Assembly (NCBI RefSeq): GCF_964204645.1
Contig: NC_134029.1
Coordinates: 19,090,950 to 19,154,949, forward strand
Source of the DNA: Tubulanus polymorphus
Lineage: Eukaryota; Animalia; Nemertea
Direction of reading: 5' to 3'
Length of the DNA stretch: 64,000 nt
Positions 1 to 11,741 of this stretch are shown piece after piece (positions within the stretch are counted from its first letter, which is position 1; each line of letters opens with the position of its first letter). The position numbers and the translations under genes were made by a program. The notes under the pieces are model-generated. The model worked only from the letters and a program-made list of their open reading frames with translations. It made no database searches and had not been told where the DNA came from.

Positions 1-286
1 AAAATAGAAATGTCCAACTATCAAATTTTCAGATGGATTGGAATATAAGACCCCTTTCCTGAAAAGTTTTGCTTTTGTTCTCTTCTTTCACAACTGAGAC
101 TCTTTCAACACGACCACTTGAAAATATAAACACAGTTTTTTCTTTCTTTTACGTAACTGATAAAAAAAAATTTCAAAATTGATAAAATTCCATATAGGCG
201 TCTCATTTAGCCTCTATCCAGTATTCTAATCGTTTTTCTTTTTTCTAAAAGGACTGATATTTGATAACATGTCATACACATATATT

Positions 287-295
287 AAAGGATAC
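287..295 (-). other. U12-type (minor spliceosome) 5' splice site GTATCCTTT
   Basis: The reverse complement of 287-295 is GTATCCTTT, an exact match to the U12 donor consensus RTATCCTTT, immediately after the last codon of EMC6 exon 3. Confidence 0.85.
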
Positions 296-388
296 GAATA
301 AACCACCAAGAAGTCCACCAGTGAATAGTTCAATCCTAGAACGAAAGAATTTACTCCATTGCGATCCAGCTTTGAGAAAAAGCATCAC
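296..388 (-). CDS. EMC6: EMC6 coding exon 3 (VMLFLKAGSQWSKFFRSRIELFTGGLLGGLF); final exon lies left of the window
   Basis: 93-nt phase 0/0 exon matching the EMC6 segment LKAG..W.K.F.SR..LFTGGL.GGLF. Acceptor TTTTTCAG at 389-390, donor GTATCCTTT at 295. Confidence 0.93.
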
Positions 389-1338
389 CTGAAAAATTTA
401 AAGAAACACATAATTAATGGAAACTTCATTTTAACGAAGACTGGTTTAAAAATACAAATAGTGTTAGTTGAAACATGACCCTCGACCAACTTTTCAGATG
501 ATCAATTAATGCACCTAAGTCAGCGCATGAGTGTGTTGCATTATTTGATAGAACTGGATTGTAAAATGTTTTCAACATCTATAGTCAATTTTCAGGGTCC
601 CAATCGATCAGTCATTCCTGGATATAAGTTTTCAAGGGGACAGTCTCAAATTTCAAGGAAGTGTCTGCAATTACTGTAGACTACTAACTCAATACTTAGC
701 TAAACCATTGATTTGGAGGTTTTGTCAGCAAAATTTTATGCCATACTTAACTATATTTGGTAACCTCCTAATTGTGTAAAAAATCTCATTGTCCCAACTT
801 TGGTTCTGATTTAGGCGTAGTCTACTTGTACAGCTACAAACTAGACAAAAATTTCTAATGGCTTATTTCTCAAAATTGAAGGAGTTTTGGGTATTTTGCT
901 CGAATTAATGAGTTTCAAAAACCTTTAAACGCATTTTTGGTTTAGAAGGAGTTTTTAAGGAATCAATGATTCATAGGGTCTATTGTTTGTAACCTTCTCG
1001 GAGAGGTCGCCATCTTATGGAATATAAGTTTTATCATGATTAACAATTTTTCTATGCTTTATTTTCAAATCAATAAAAAGTCATGGTTTTTACTAGGCAT
1101 GGAAACATATTGTAAAACAGATGCAGTAACTTTTCTCCATGCGATTCTTCAATACGGTGTTAAACGAATACGAAAACGATAACTCATTCAGACTGCGAAG
1201 TTTCACAGCTCATATTTCAAGATCACTTCGAGGTACGGTATGTACTCTAAGAATTGGCCAAATATCCTCAAAAAAAAAAACAGGTTAAAAACAACGAACA
1301 TAGACAAGAGCATCATGTGGAAGAAGAAAATGACTTAC

Positions 1339-1499
1339 AGATAACATGAACGACGTGATGAAATAAAATATAAATCCGTATAAACTCGTCAGACCCATGA
1401 TTCCTGCTGTACAGCCGGCTAGAGCGCACATCGACGTTCGACAATAATCCAGAAATGCAGCATTTGATCTGATTGCACCTTCACTGTACGCAACATTAT
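1339..1499 (-). CDS. EMC6: EMC6 coding exon 2 ([54 protein letters not shown])
   Basis: Translation matches the EMC6/Rab5-interacting family motif (SE.A.R.NAA.LDYCRTS..AL.G.TAGI.GLT.LYGFIFY). Acceptor TTGTAG at 1500-1501, donor GTAAGT at 1338. Confidence 0.95.
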
Positions 1500-1571
1500 C
1501 TACAATATAAGAAGTAATGTTTTTTGTGTCAATTTGATATGCCACAATATAATTGATCAACAGTTTAACCT

Positions 1572-1750
1572 GTCTCTCAGTAGCTCAGTGAGATAAGCCG
1601 TGAATCTGTTGCATTCTTCATAAAAATAAAGAGTAACAAGTGGGTTCATGTCCTGCTGGCTGCTTAGATCAAAGGCCATCCCGTCGTGAAGTTAAAGAAT
1701 AATCCAATTGGGAAACCAAGATCCAAGCAACGTAAAGCCAAACCAAACGA
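1572..1750 (+). mobile_element. Degenerate tRNA-headed SINE-like element in EMC6 intron 1
   Basis: GTAGCTCAGTG (A box), GGGTTCATGTCC (B-box-like), and a 3' end CGTAAAGCCAAACCAAAC typical of SINE tails. Confidence 0.4.
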
Positions 1751-2118
1751 ATGATCGTATAGTTTCAACATTGGATATTTACATAAACCACAAAACAAGC
1801 GACTAGCAAGTAAGGTGTATTTGGTAGCCCCATCCAATTTCAAAAGCTTACCCCCAGGATTGTATTAGGTAACTTTAAATTAATGAGAGGAGGCCTAGTC
1901 CTCCTTTTGAACTTTTTGGTTTGATCATGAAACGGAAAACAAAATGGCGGATTTTTGAACTACCGGTACAGAAAATTAAGGTTTATAGTATAGGTTCTTG
2001 AGGGTTAGGGTTTGGTTAAGGCTGTACAAAGTAATATGTTATAATAGTGAAGGTTTTTTTGGGTTAGTGCCTTAGGTTCTACAATTAGTAAATATTCTTA
2101 TAAAGTCTGTTTGCCACC

Positions 2119-2547
2119 GGCTACTGTCTACTGTCTGTCACACCTCTCCGTGCGACGTTTTGGTCCGTAATTTCGTTAATTTATCTGGGAATATTGTCTA
2201 TCAATTTGTCCAGTTAAGGAATTTGCATTCAGAAATTAATTATGAATTGGCACAAATTTGTTTGTGTTTTCATCTATCAGCGATTGTTTACCTAGCATAC
2301 GCTCACGTAATGCTGAAAAACGGCTTTTGCGGCCAGTCACGTGGCGCCAACTAGGGTATTTTGTTATGCTTATAAATAGGTGATGACGTCAAAGCAACGT
2401 TTCTGAGCGTCAGCGGAGCAGTTTTTTAGCATCAGGCGAGCGTATGCAGAGTAAATTATCGCCGAGAAATGAAAACAAAAACATTTTTAGTAAAAATTGT
2501 TGATTATTTCTGAATGCAAATTCCGAAAGGTGTGACAGACAGTAGCC
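2119..2547. mobile_element. MITE with terminal inverted repeats
   Basis: CTACTGTCTGTCACACCT ... AGGTGTGACAGACAGTAG, with further internal inverted similarity (2240-2330 vs 2420-2520). Confidence 0.7.
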
Positions 2548-2860
2548 TCAAATTAGACTAAGAATAATGTCATCTCTAGTAAAGCTTCCAACGATCGGGT
2601 AGTTTCTCGAAAAGTGGAAATGAGGGTGACTGTGAACATCATAATTTTTACGACATGACACACTCTGTTGGAAATATGGAGCTTAGCAAAATTCGCTCAG
2701 ACTACACACGTCATTTCCTGGCCGGCGGCAGTCATAATTAACTGTGTATAAGACAGTTTTTCGAGGTTTCAAGTGTATCCAATAAAAGAAATACAAAGTA
2801 TCCCCTGTAAAGTCACGGTCTTTTATGTGGTCAAAGAGACGCAACAGCACAAAACCAAAC

Positions 2861-2903
2861 CTTTTGGAACCTTTCCAGCCTTTAACGTGACAGTGGTCGC
2901 CAT
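2861..2903 (-). CDS. EMC6: EMC6 coding exon 1 (MATTVTLKAGKVPK + G)
   Basis: Minus strand AAAT ATG GCG ACC ACT GTC ACG TTA AAG GCT GGA AAG GTT CCA AAA G|GTTTGG. The phase-1 donor joins the AT at the start of the next exon to give Asp, in frame with DNVAYSEG. Confidence 0.8.
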
Positions 2904-3230
2904 ATTTGCTAATTACCAAAATAAATTGTCTCTTATTTGTTTAGATTTGAATTGAATTGATGGTTCGAATTGATTGATTACTGATGACTGGTGGCTGAAT
3001 TGAAGCTAACTGATATTGAAAAAGCGTAAAATGGTTCTTAATCGATCCACTCGGTTTAGCTTATTTTATCACCGCGCTGTGCACAGCGTTGTATTTTGAT
3101 TCGGTTTCATTCGGTAAATATTCTAACCATACGTTTACGTTATGTGGAGACTTCCGTTACCATTAAAAAATTTTTTTGAAATTTATTGGGTTTTTATTTG
3201 ATTTTGTTGTTTCTCTTGTGTCTGGTAAGT
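2904..3230. promoter_or_regulatory. Probable divergent promoter region: EMC6 (-) and a plus-strand transcript whose first exon ends at donor G|GTAAGT (3224/3225)
   Basis: EMC6 ATG at 2903 lies within a YY1-like AAATATGGCG motif; a consensus plus-strand donor TCTG|GTAAGT lies about 320 bp away. No TSS data. Confidence 0.45.
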
Positions 3231-3378
3231 TTCTGAAATGCATTGTCGTCTTAAATTCTTCAGCTCACCATGACATTTCACCCGGTCGTCAGTCGATAGT
3301 TGCTTTTTAATGGCGCTCCATTACTGCAAGAATTATGCTTGCATGAACGACTGAACGTGACAGTACAGTAGACAGTAG

Positions 3379-3710
3379 AGGCCTTTTTATGAACACTCGA
3401 TTAATATATTCGAGTATGCAAAACGTTTTTATGAGCATGGGTTATGTCATAATCCGTCATTTTCATGAACATTGGTTATCATAATCGATTAGCATACTCA
3501 GCATACTCGCTCGGCGACCAAGTATGCCGATTATCTAATCCAACCGATATGGTGTTCTCGGTAGAAGTCGCTGCTGAGTAGGCCATAATTGAATAATTTC
3601 TACCTGGCGTTTTTATCAACCAACATACCCGGTTATGCTAATTGACACTAATCGGCTATATAATCTAAATAGCTAATCTATTTCGATTTTGCTGGTTCAT
3701 AAAAAGGCCT
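3379..3710. mobile_element. MITE, PIF/Harbinger-like (3-bp TSD)
   Basis: Perfect TIR AGGCCTTTTTATGAAC / GTTCATAAAAAGGCCT, flanked by TAG on both sides. Confidence 0.8.
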
Positions 3711-3892
3711 TAGTTGACACCATCCTCACTTGCCAGGGTTTGATTGCCTCCCACCGAAGTTCATGCAAACACAAACCTAGGCCGCAAACCCTTCATTCTA
3801 TTGCATTGCCATGGCCCAATTTCTTGGGCGGACAGGTTGCCACTAAGTAAAAGCGGCCACCAGTCAGTCTATGTAACAAACTGAAAATGTGA

Positions 3893-4381
3893 GGCCAAAT
3901 AAAAAAAATTAGTTGTTTATCGTCCTTATTTTCAAAAAGCTTGGGTCGGCCGGGAGGTTTTTTAGATTTTTTTATTTTAGATCGAGTGTTGTAAATGATA
4001 TACGATTGATGAAATAAAGCATGTTTTCCATCGACTGGAAGTGTGGCGCCACAAGCAATACAGATACAATTCAATTCATAGAACTTTATTAACTTAGATT
4101 TTAAAATCGATCTAAATATGCTCCACAACCGGAAATCCACGCTGTGTACGCTCCATAACGGAATATTGACTTCAATTTGTTATTCAGTGAACGTACTTCG
4201 TCGATCGATAAATCGTTTTGTTTGCTGCTATACTGTCCTACAATCGACATGAAACGGCAGCTATGGCAAGTATTTTCGATTGGAACCAAAATAGAACACA
4301 ATAAAAAAAAAAAAAATTGGGTCGGGTATTTTTCGTAGGGTCGGGCGGGGACGATAAACAACTAATTTTTTTTATTTGGCC
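3893..4381. mobile_element. MITE with ~33-bp TIR
   Basis: GGCCAAATAAAAAAAATTAGTTGTTTATCGTCC ... GGACGATAAACAACTAATTTTTTTTATTTGGCC; flanks TGA/TAA. Confidence 0.8.
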
Positions 4382-4639
4382 TAATGATAGATATCAAGTT
4401 ATTGACACTAAGTGGACATAAGTGTGTTTCCTATTGACATAAATCAAACTAACAGGAATTCCAAACAATTAAATTGACTTATAACTTGAAAAGTGTGAAT
4501 TACTTTTTCACGTCATTAACCAATGACTCTTCACAGATCTATTGATAATGTGTTGACTTGGTTCGTCAAACAAATGAACAGAAACCGATGCCAAGACTCA
4601 TCCGCTGCACGAATGATTAGTGACAGTGTCTTATAGTTC

Positions 4640-4822
4640 TTCTAATTCTACCCCATCACCAGTCAATAACAATGTGCAGATGACTTATCGGTTCATAACT
4701 TTGGTTGTTGGATCTGTAAGATAGGAAATACTGATATATGTCCTGCCCTAATTTAAGGTTTTACCGGGATCTGTACCCTCAACCTCTCCATTGCGAGTCA
4801 AATGCCTCATCCATCAAGCTAT
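4640..4822 (-). mobile_element. tRNA-derived SINE, same family as 58141
   Basis: Minus strand GGATGAGGCATTTGAC...AGGTTGAGGGT...GGCAGGACATATATCAGT...AACAACCAAAGT aligns by eye to 58150-58270. Confidence 0.5.
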
Positions 4823-4879
4823 GGAGACAAATAACTCAATTGAACCACAGGGGCTTGTAAACTAGCTTGGATTGAAGGA

Positions 4880-5259
4880 TCATTATCAGGTGGTCGCGAT
4901 GCCTTACTATAAAAATAACAAGGGATGAAACAGCTTGGCTTTTGCCTGTGACCGTATTGATGCTGCGGAACCCACGGCACTGCGCATGCACGGCAACTTC
5001 CGAGCGATTGTGAGCTGTCAATCAAACAACACATTACAGTTTTTCTATATCAATTCAAAAATTGATACTTTCCTTAGAAGTGTGATTGCCTTGGCTAGAC
5101 AGAGGTTTTTGAGAAAAATCAATTGAACTTGAACTGACCATGGACTTCGGAAAGTTGCTGCGCATGCGAAGTGGTTGCTGCCGCATCAATACGGTCACAG
5201 GCAAAAGCAAAGCCATTTCATCCCTTGTTAAGTAAGGCGTCGCGACCGCCTGATAATGA
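4880..5259. mobile_element. Foldback/MITE with ~120-bp imperfect inverted arms
   Basis: 4880-5003 is the reverse complement of about 5146-5259 (e.g. GCTTTTGCCTGTGACCGTATTGATGC / GCATCAATACGGTCACAGGCAAAAGC). Confidence 0.8.
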
Positions 5260-5396
5260 ACGACCAATTGTTCATCGGAACTTTATAACCGATTGAAGAA
5301 TTGATTAAACTTGAATAGGATTGTAAATGGCCCCCTATTTCATTTCACAATCTAACAAAACTTCTTACGCAACCTTTCGTGTTCTGATTTTTTTAG

Positions 5397-5478
5397 ACAG
5401 CTGCTAGTAGGCTGATTTATGATTGATATTCGTGTTTGAAGTCTAAGATTTTGAATATTTACGGAGAAACAATTATTG
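5397..5478 (+). other. Candidate non-coding (5' UTR) internal exon of the plus-strand gene
   Basis: CTAAC branch-like motif at 5352-5356, pyrimidine tract TTTTTTTAG ending at 5396, consensus donor TG|GTAAGT at 5479. Contains only a 6-codon ORF. Confidence 0.45.
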
Positions 5479-5569
5479 GTAAGTAGTAATTTTTTGAAGC
5501 ATTTATTTTGTACATGAGTTGTTTTTGTACTAAATAATGGAAATCACTTAATTTCCCTCATATTTCAAG

Positions 5570-6293
5570 CCCCAACGTGAACCCTTAGTGTGTCGACTGT
5601 GTTATAGGGGGCAGCCTTGTAGTTGTACATTTGATGACTGTGGTTTGTCCTGCATTTGGACGCAGCAATTCATGACTAACAGTAAATCTTTTTCAAAACG
5701 AATAAAACAGATACTCCGTGACCAGCACCTTCAAGAAACTGTATCTGCCATAAATACTAATCCGATATACACTAACTTTAGGCAATATAAAAATGATATT
5801 AGGTTAGAGAAGTATATAATAGAACTTGGTGATGACTTAGGAACTAGTTTATTTGAATTTAGGGTCGGGTCCTATATTTTACCTGTGAACAAATTTTCAA
5901 ACCTTCATTTAGACAGAGCCGATAGAATATGCCCCGCTTGTAATACTTTAGGTGACGAATCCCATTTTCTGTTTGACTGTACCTTACTTAACGAACAACG
6001 CAAAAACTTTTTGAATTTGAATACCTTTAATACCCTTGATATTCTGAAAAACCCAACGGTCAACTTAGCTAAATTCATTAAGACCGGCTTAGATGTATAT
6101 AGATCTTCCAATAGTATATATAGTATTGTAAATAGTTGATGTATATATATATTTCGTTACGTTTTCATTCTCTAAATTTTAATCACTTCAGTGTTGTTTT
6201 GTAAATATTTGTATATACATGTGTAATAGTTTTCCTCCATATACCATGGAAATGGTTGGAGTGTAAATAAATCGTAATCATAATCGTAATCGC
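5570..6293 (+). mobile_element. 5'-truncated non-LTR retrotransposon (LINE): ORF2 C-terminus plus 3' UTR and short tandem tail
   Basis: ORF 5588-6139 contains LFEFRVGSYILPV...DRICPACNTLGDESHFLFDC, the C-terminal CCHC-like motif of non-LTR ORF2 proteins. It is followed by AATAAA and an (ATCGTA)-like tail at about 6270-6292. The 5' boundary is approximate. Confidence 0.85.
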
Positions 6294-6801
6294 AACAAAA
6301 ATGATTATAGCAAGTCTGACAGTCTTAAAAAGTGCTTACATTAAAAATTTGTTGGTGGTTAATGATCGCTAGGGCTATGAAAATCTTTTAGGATTCAGCA
6401 TTTTTGGGTCCAGTTTCACGATAGATTTAAACCAAAAAAACATAAGTGGTATAACACCGTATCTCGTAAGATGGCGTGACGAGCACTCAGTCTTACGTTG
6501 TCAAAAATAGTTAATTTTCTTTCGACTTCATGAATTTCTAGGCTCCTTAATCCATTCATCATCACAGGATCCAACAAAGATTGAAATTCATTTTTATACT
6601 CGGCAATTGGTATAATTTCGAATAGTCGTTGATATTTCTGAGAGAAAGATTCATTCGAATTTAACCGAAATGTTTTGAGCAATTGAAAAACTTTGCTTTT
6701 TGCTGCAATTTCCAAGCAATTAATGTCCTGGTGCGAAGTGCTTTCCAACGAATAACAGTATTGAGATGTAGTTTCCAGGTAATAAAGACAAAATCTTGAA
6801 G

Positions 6802-7143
6802 AATGGGGTACCGGCAACGCTACTGTGGCAGACGGAATTCCGCCATAATCCGCCAGGTTCGCTAGTGCACAATACGACGTCGACGCTGGATTTCTTCTCA
6901 AACTCAATTAAAATCTAACAATAATTTCTCAAATTCTATGCATGATATATGAAAATCGTAGCATGTATGAACTCCAATGAAGACTAATCAGAGTTTATTA
7001 TGATGTGTGATTTTCCCAATCTTTGGATTGGAAGCCCAAAAATTGAGATCAAAGTTACTTGAAAATGAACTAATTTTGATCGAGTGCGTCTGATATCTCA
7101 GTGGCGCCATCTGACGGGATAGCTGGTGTGCCGGTTCCCCATT
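6802..7143 (+). mobile_element. MITE family K (related copies at ~52123-52410 and, inverted and interrupted, 17677-18241)
   Basis: TIR AATGGGGTACCGGCA / TGCCGGTTCCCCATT; internal GGATTTCTTCTCA...CAATTAAAATCTA.CAATAATTTCTC.AATTCTAT is shared with 52203-52255. Confidence 0.7.
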
Positions 7144-10100
7144 ATGTGCACTTTGTTTAAGATTATCTACCTCGTCTTGTAAAAATGTGCCTTTTTTTGT
7201 GCCTCTACTTTATGGACATAGAAAAAAGAATGAAAAAAAAGGGCACAAGATGTTCGCGACGGTAGCACGTCCCTACGGTGCTACCGTCTGAAAAACCGGG
7301 CCTGGGTAAATTCTTTAACCAGTTTTAAACGATTCTTTTAGCCTCCTCAACAATAATTTTCACGTACAGTATATTGCACCCGATATTGCACTCGGTCGTG
7401 TCGGGATGGCACGATATCGTATTACGCAAAAAAAATATCACCTTGCATTGCTGATGGTTACTAGTTACAGGTGACTGAATTGATGAACGACAGTTGTCGT
7501 GCATACGTAGCCATAGCGTCTGCTCGATTCTAATTCATCGATAATCGAATGGATCAGTTCATGAAAATATGATGTTTTAATCCGATGTTTGTGATCATTA
7601 GCTGCTGGCGATGAGCAGGTTAGCGCTGTGTACTATTAATATGAATGCATCAGCTTTTAATAATGAATAGGTTTGATGATGTGGATTTCTGAGTGGCGAA
7701 CACAAAATATGCCCTGTATGAAAAAAATTATGGTTTCTATCTGATATTTGCGGTCGGTAGATGGCGGTGCCACACGCATGTAATAAGGATATACTTGCTA
7801 CACTTTATGATGTGACTACTTCGATTTTTATATTCAAAAATATGAATGGAGTTCTCAAGCAAACTGTACTGGTCACTAGATTATTGCGGAAATCGGATGA
7901 TTAGCGATCAGTATTAGCGATGCATGGATCTTCTTGATTGGTGTACAACTGTTGTAGATTGGTGGATAAAATATCTACAAATCTTATTGGGCGTATGAAT
8001 TTTTGGTTATCAGTGAGCGATAAGCTGCGATCATACTCGAACATTTTTTTTTCCTGCGATAAATTCGGTTCCTTACCCTTGCCGAGTTAAACCCGGGTAA
8101 ACCGTTCACACAGATGCCAAGTGAGAACAGCATGTATGTTTTACCGGGACCTGAATTTGACTGGAACTAAAAAGCTTGGACCAGGCCTGTGCCGAATTTA
8201 AGCACTTGGGTCAAATTATTGCGTGTGTATGCTTACTGGTTCCCGAAGTGCTACCTGGCCTTGTCACAGCATTTTTAGTATGGAGTGTGCGATTTACGAA
8301 CAAACGTGCTCTCCCAAATTTGACTCGAGTCCGATCCAGGCCAATTTCAACCAGCACCAAATCAACTCAGCGTGTTCGCGGCTATATTAATCGATGTTTT
8401 GGACCGATTCCGACGGATGCCGGTAAAATCGACGCTGATAATTCGTCGATTCGCGAGACGTGACGATAAGCACCGCGAATTTCCATTGCAAATGAACGTA
8501 CGTAGTTTATTTATCAATCGCGCGGAACGTTTTAATGGGGTTTTTTTTTCGGAGGCGGAACATGATTCGATAACATATCGGTCGCCGCTGTCGATGAAGT
8601 GTCGTTCGTGTCTTATGTCGTCAACTTCTCATCGTTTATAGATTTATGCGCGAGTACATCGTGCTGGTTTTATGCGATGATGGTGGCTCGGTCAGTTTGA
8701 ACGATGCCTTAGATGGATTAAAGTTTGGTTTCTAAACGTTCGCGGCGTTTGCCTCGCGTGGATTAAAGTTTGGTTTCTATTAATATTCGATGCGTTTGTG
8801 GATATTGAATATTTCTATCGGATGATTCGATGTTAGGCTCTCGATTTTATCGTCGACGAATTCGGGAAGTTTAATTGCGCGCGATGGATTCAAATGGTGG
8901 TATACATCGGTGAGATATTTCGTCCATCGAGATTTTTTCGTTCGATCGAATTTTTGGAAAAATGAATAAAAAACTGACTCGATTAGTTGGATAATTCTCG
9001 AAGTCTCGTGGTAAAAAGTTGCACGCTGTATTGATTGTATGATAGTAAGATATTTGCAGTGAATCGTAAACAGAGACTGGAGAATCATTCGGGAAACTAT
9101 GATGATTGTTCTTTAGACAAGTAGTTTTTGAGTAGTTAAATCGTAGTGTATTTCAATACATGATTGGGTCATTCGAATGTGGTCGTTGAAACTGAAAATG
9201 CTCTGGTTGGAATTTGTAGTTTTTGGAATATCGAAGAGAAAGTCATCGTACGAGACTGGGGTACTATAAGCGCAGGCCATCGTGATTGAAACTGCATATG
9301 CGTAATTGCAGCCTAAAGAAAATCAGGATTATCGAGCGCGTGCTTTAAAATGACGCGCTAAACTGAGCTGAAAGATATTTTTCAAATTTTCCCTGGAGTG
9401 CAGCGATCGTTTCAACGCGTACGTACGTCAACCCGACGAACGAACGGCGAAGGCGTATATTTTCATGGGAATCGTCGGCTGCTTTCGTGATCAATGAAAC
9501 TGTGATTGATTCAACGGTGTAGAACGTTAACACGTTCACCGTCGACGTTCAACGAGCGTTCAAACCTCTCTCACGTCGCGCGCGCCCCTAGATAGAAGTA
9601 GATACCACGACGACGAGGACGAGCGTTTTTAAATTGAAAAATGTAGGAAGAAAAAATCCATTCCGCCCTCGAGATGAGAAACGATATTCATTAGTCGCGC
9701 GACGCGCGCGCGGAATATATCATCAAAGCTGAATTGATTTCACCTGGTGATAAATGACTAGGGAATAATTAGTACGGGTGGTACTAATTTCATATCCGGT
9801 TTCACGAGAAAAAGGTTAAACCCGAATTCGATTTTCCGTTAAGTTGCTTTCGGAATTCGGAGTTGTGCAGAATTGAAATCATTTAAACACTTGAAACCTA
9901 TAGCTGGTTTCACTAGAAATTAAGCCGTTGTGCTGAATTTGATATCGACACCTCGGTCGATGTTAACATCGATACATTCATTTTCTCCATCATTCAAGCG
10001 ATATCTTTCATGATCATTTACATAATTAGTGGAGAAGGATGCCATGTTTTTCGATGGATGAAACTTGACAATTTCAAGCTTAGAAACGTTTTTCGATTTC

Positions 10101-11624
10101 ATGAGAAGTTATCCATTTCGGATTCATATCAGTTGATACTAGCTTCTGATCTCCTTTTTGAGTGCAGAGTGAAATGATTAAATCGGAAACCTATGGATCA
10201 GTGGATCAGTGGACCGGTGGTTCGGCAGTTGCCGCTGCCATGGATTTTCTCAATTCATTCCAACATTGGCTGAACAAAATTTCATTCACCTGCGTGATGT
10301 TGTGACTTTAACCTCGCTAGGGATCATAAGAAAATCAATTAATTCATTAGTCGCGCACGACGACTGTCTCCAGAAGTTTCAACGCCGATGCGTGCAAGCG
10401 AGCGAGCGCACGCGTCTGCCCGAAGATTTGAGCATCTGTCTCTGAATGCCGTCTGCTAGATCCGACACAACATTGCGTTACCTCGCATAAAATACTGAGT
10501 TCGCCTTATTGTCGTACGACCGAGGACGTTTTTTGTATTTTCGGGGGTACACGCGTGATAGATCGGCAGGAATCGGAGTAGAAGTTTACCCTATCGTCAG
10601 ACTGTAAACTGTGATTATGCATCTAGAACTACACTCTATTCGATAACGCGCGAGGAAATGTGATTATACGTACATGGAATCAACTTATGGGGAACAGGGC
10701 CATTAAAATCTGCTGCAGCAGGTGAATATAGATTTTCATACACAGATATTTGTGTAGTCGTCAATGTTTAGTGTTAAGATGTAACATGGGGTTATCGTTC
10801 TGTCTCCATTAGTTCAGCAGTTGTGGGGTCTGCTTGCCAAGGACGGATCTAGGAAGGGGGCTGCACCTCGATATTGGATAAATTTGACGTTGTGAGGGCT
10901 GCAAGCGAGACAGGGGTGGGGTTCTGGTGGCCCTCCCGCAGAGAATTTAGGAAAAAAAATCTCCAGGCTCTTTAGAGGGCACATTCAAATTTTCTGGGGG
11001 GTGAGATTCGAGATACACCCTTCCTTGCCTATGATTTAGAAATCGATTCGACTTCAGTTTCTTTCTAGATCATGAGAGTCGAAAGAATTGATTTTGCAAA
11101 ATTTGTCTTCAGTTTATCACATGCCCGTCTGCACCCGAATTTTGTGTGTTCGAATTTTGAAAAGAAAAAAATTGAATCTATGTCATTTAGAATTACCGTA
11201 TGACAGCTTGATACGTTTTGTCTAATCTATAAATTTCACCATGGATAATGATACGTGGTTGCTTTCCCGTGTGGGGGGAAATTGTCTTGTGTAATCTACA
11301 TTATGAATCAGACATGGAATAACTTTCATGTTTTTGGAAGGAATCCATATTCCTTAACTGTAAACAAGGCGTATGTTCTCGTCTTGGACGGTATGATAAA
11401 CTATGGTGTCCTTAATACAGAACAGTCTGAGATATTCTCAATTAGCAGTAAGAAATATGCCCGATCATAGACTGACAATCAAGCCAGGCTGGTATTCTCG
11501 GCATTCAATTTCTGCATTTGTGTCTCATTATTATTGGCTGGTTTTTGTCTTGCATTAGCCTTCAGATATAGAAGTCTTCATATTTTTAGTTTTTAGTTGA
11601 GAGAGTGTGAAAGTTAGAAAATTC

Positions 11625-11670
<46 letters not shown>

Positions 11671-11687
11671 GTATAATAATGATGATC

Positions 11688-11741
<54 letters not shown>
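11625..11741. repeat. (AAT)n microsatellite
   Basis: Seen directly; explains the poly-Ile ORFs. Confidence 0.98.

Noticed and set aside
5-20. Minus-strand TGG ACA TTT CTA (WTFL) resembling the EMC6 C-terminus
   Set aside because: The next codons do not give YG, the upstream TY.LF codons are absent and no U12 branch site is visible; probably chance.
2001-2021. Telomere-like GGGTTAGGGTT
   Set aside because: Fewer than two full units, embedded in ordinary intronic sequence.
6416-6907. 163-aa minus-strand ORF
   Set aside because: No recognisable domain, non-ATG start, and it overlaps a MITE.
8714-8779. 21-bp direct repeat TGGATTAAAGTTTGGTTTCTA around a 24-bp spacer (CRISPR-like spacing)
   Set aside because: Only two repeats, eukaryotic context and no cas genes; a local duplication is sufficient.
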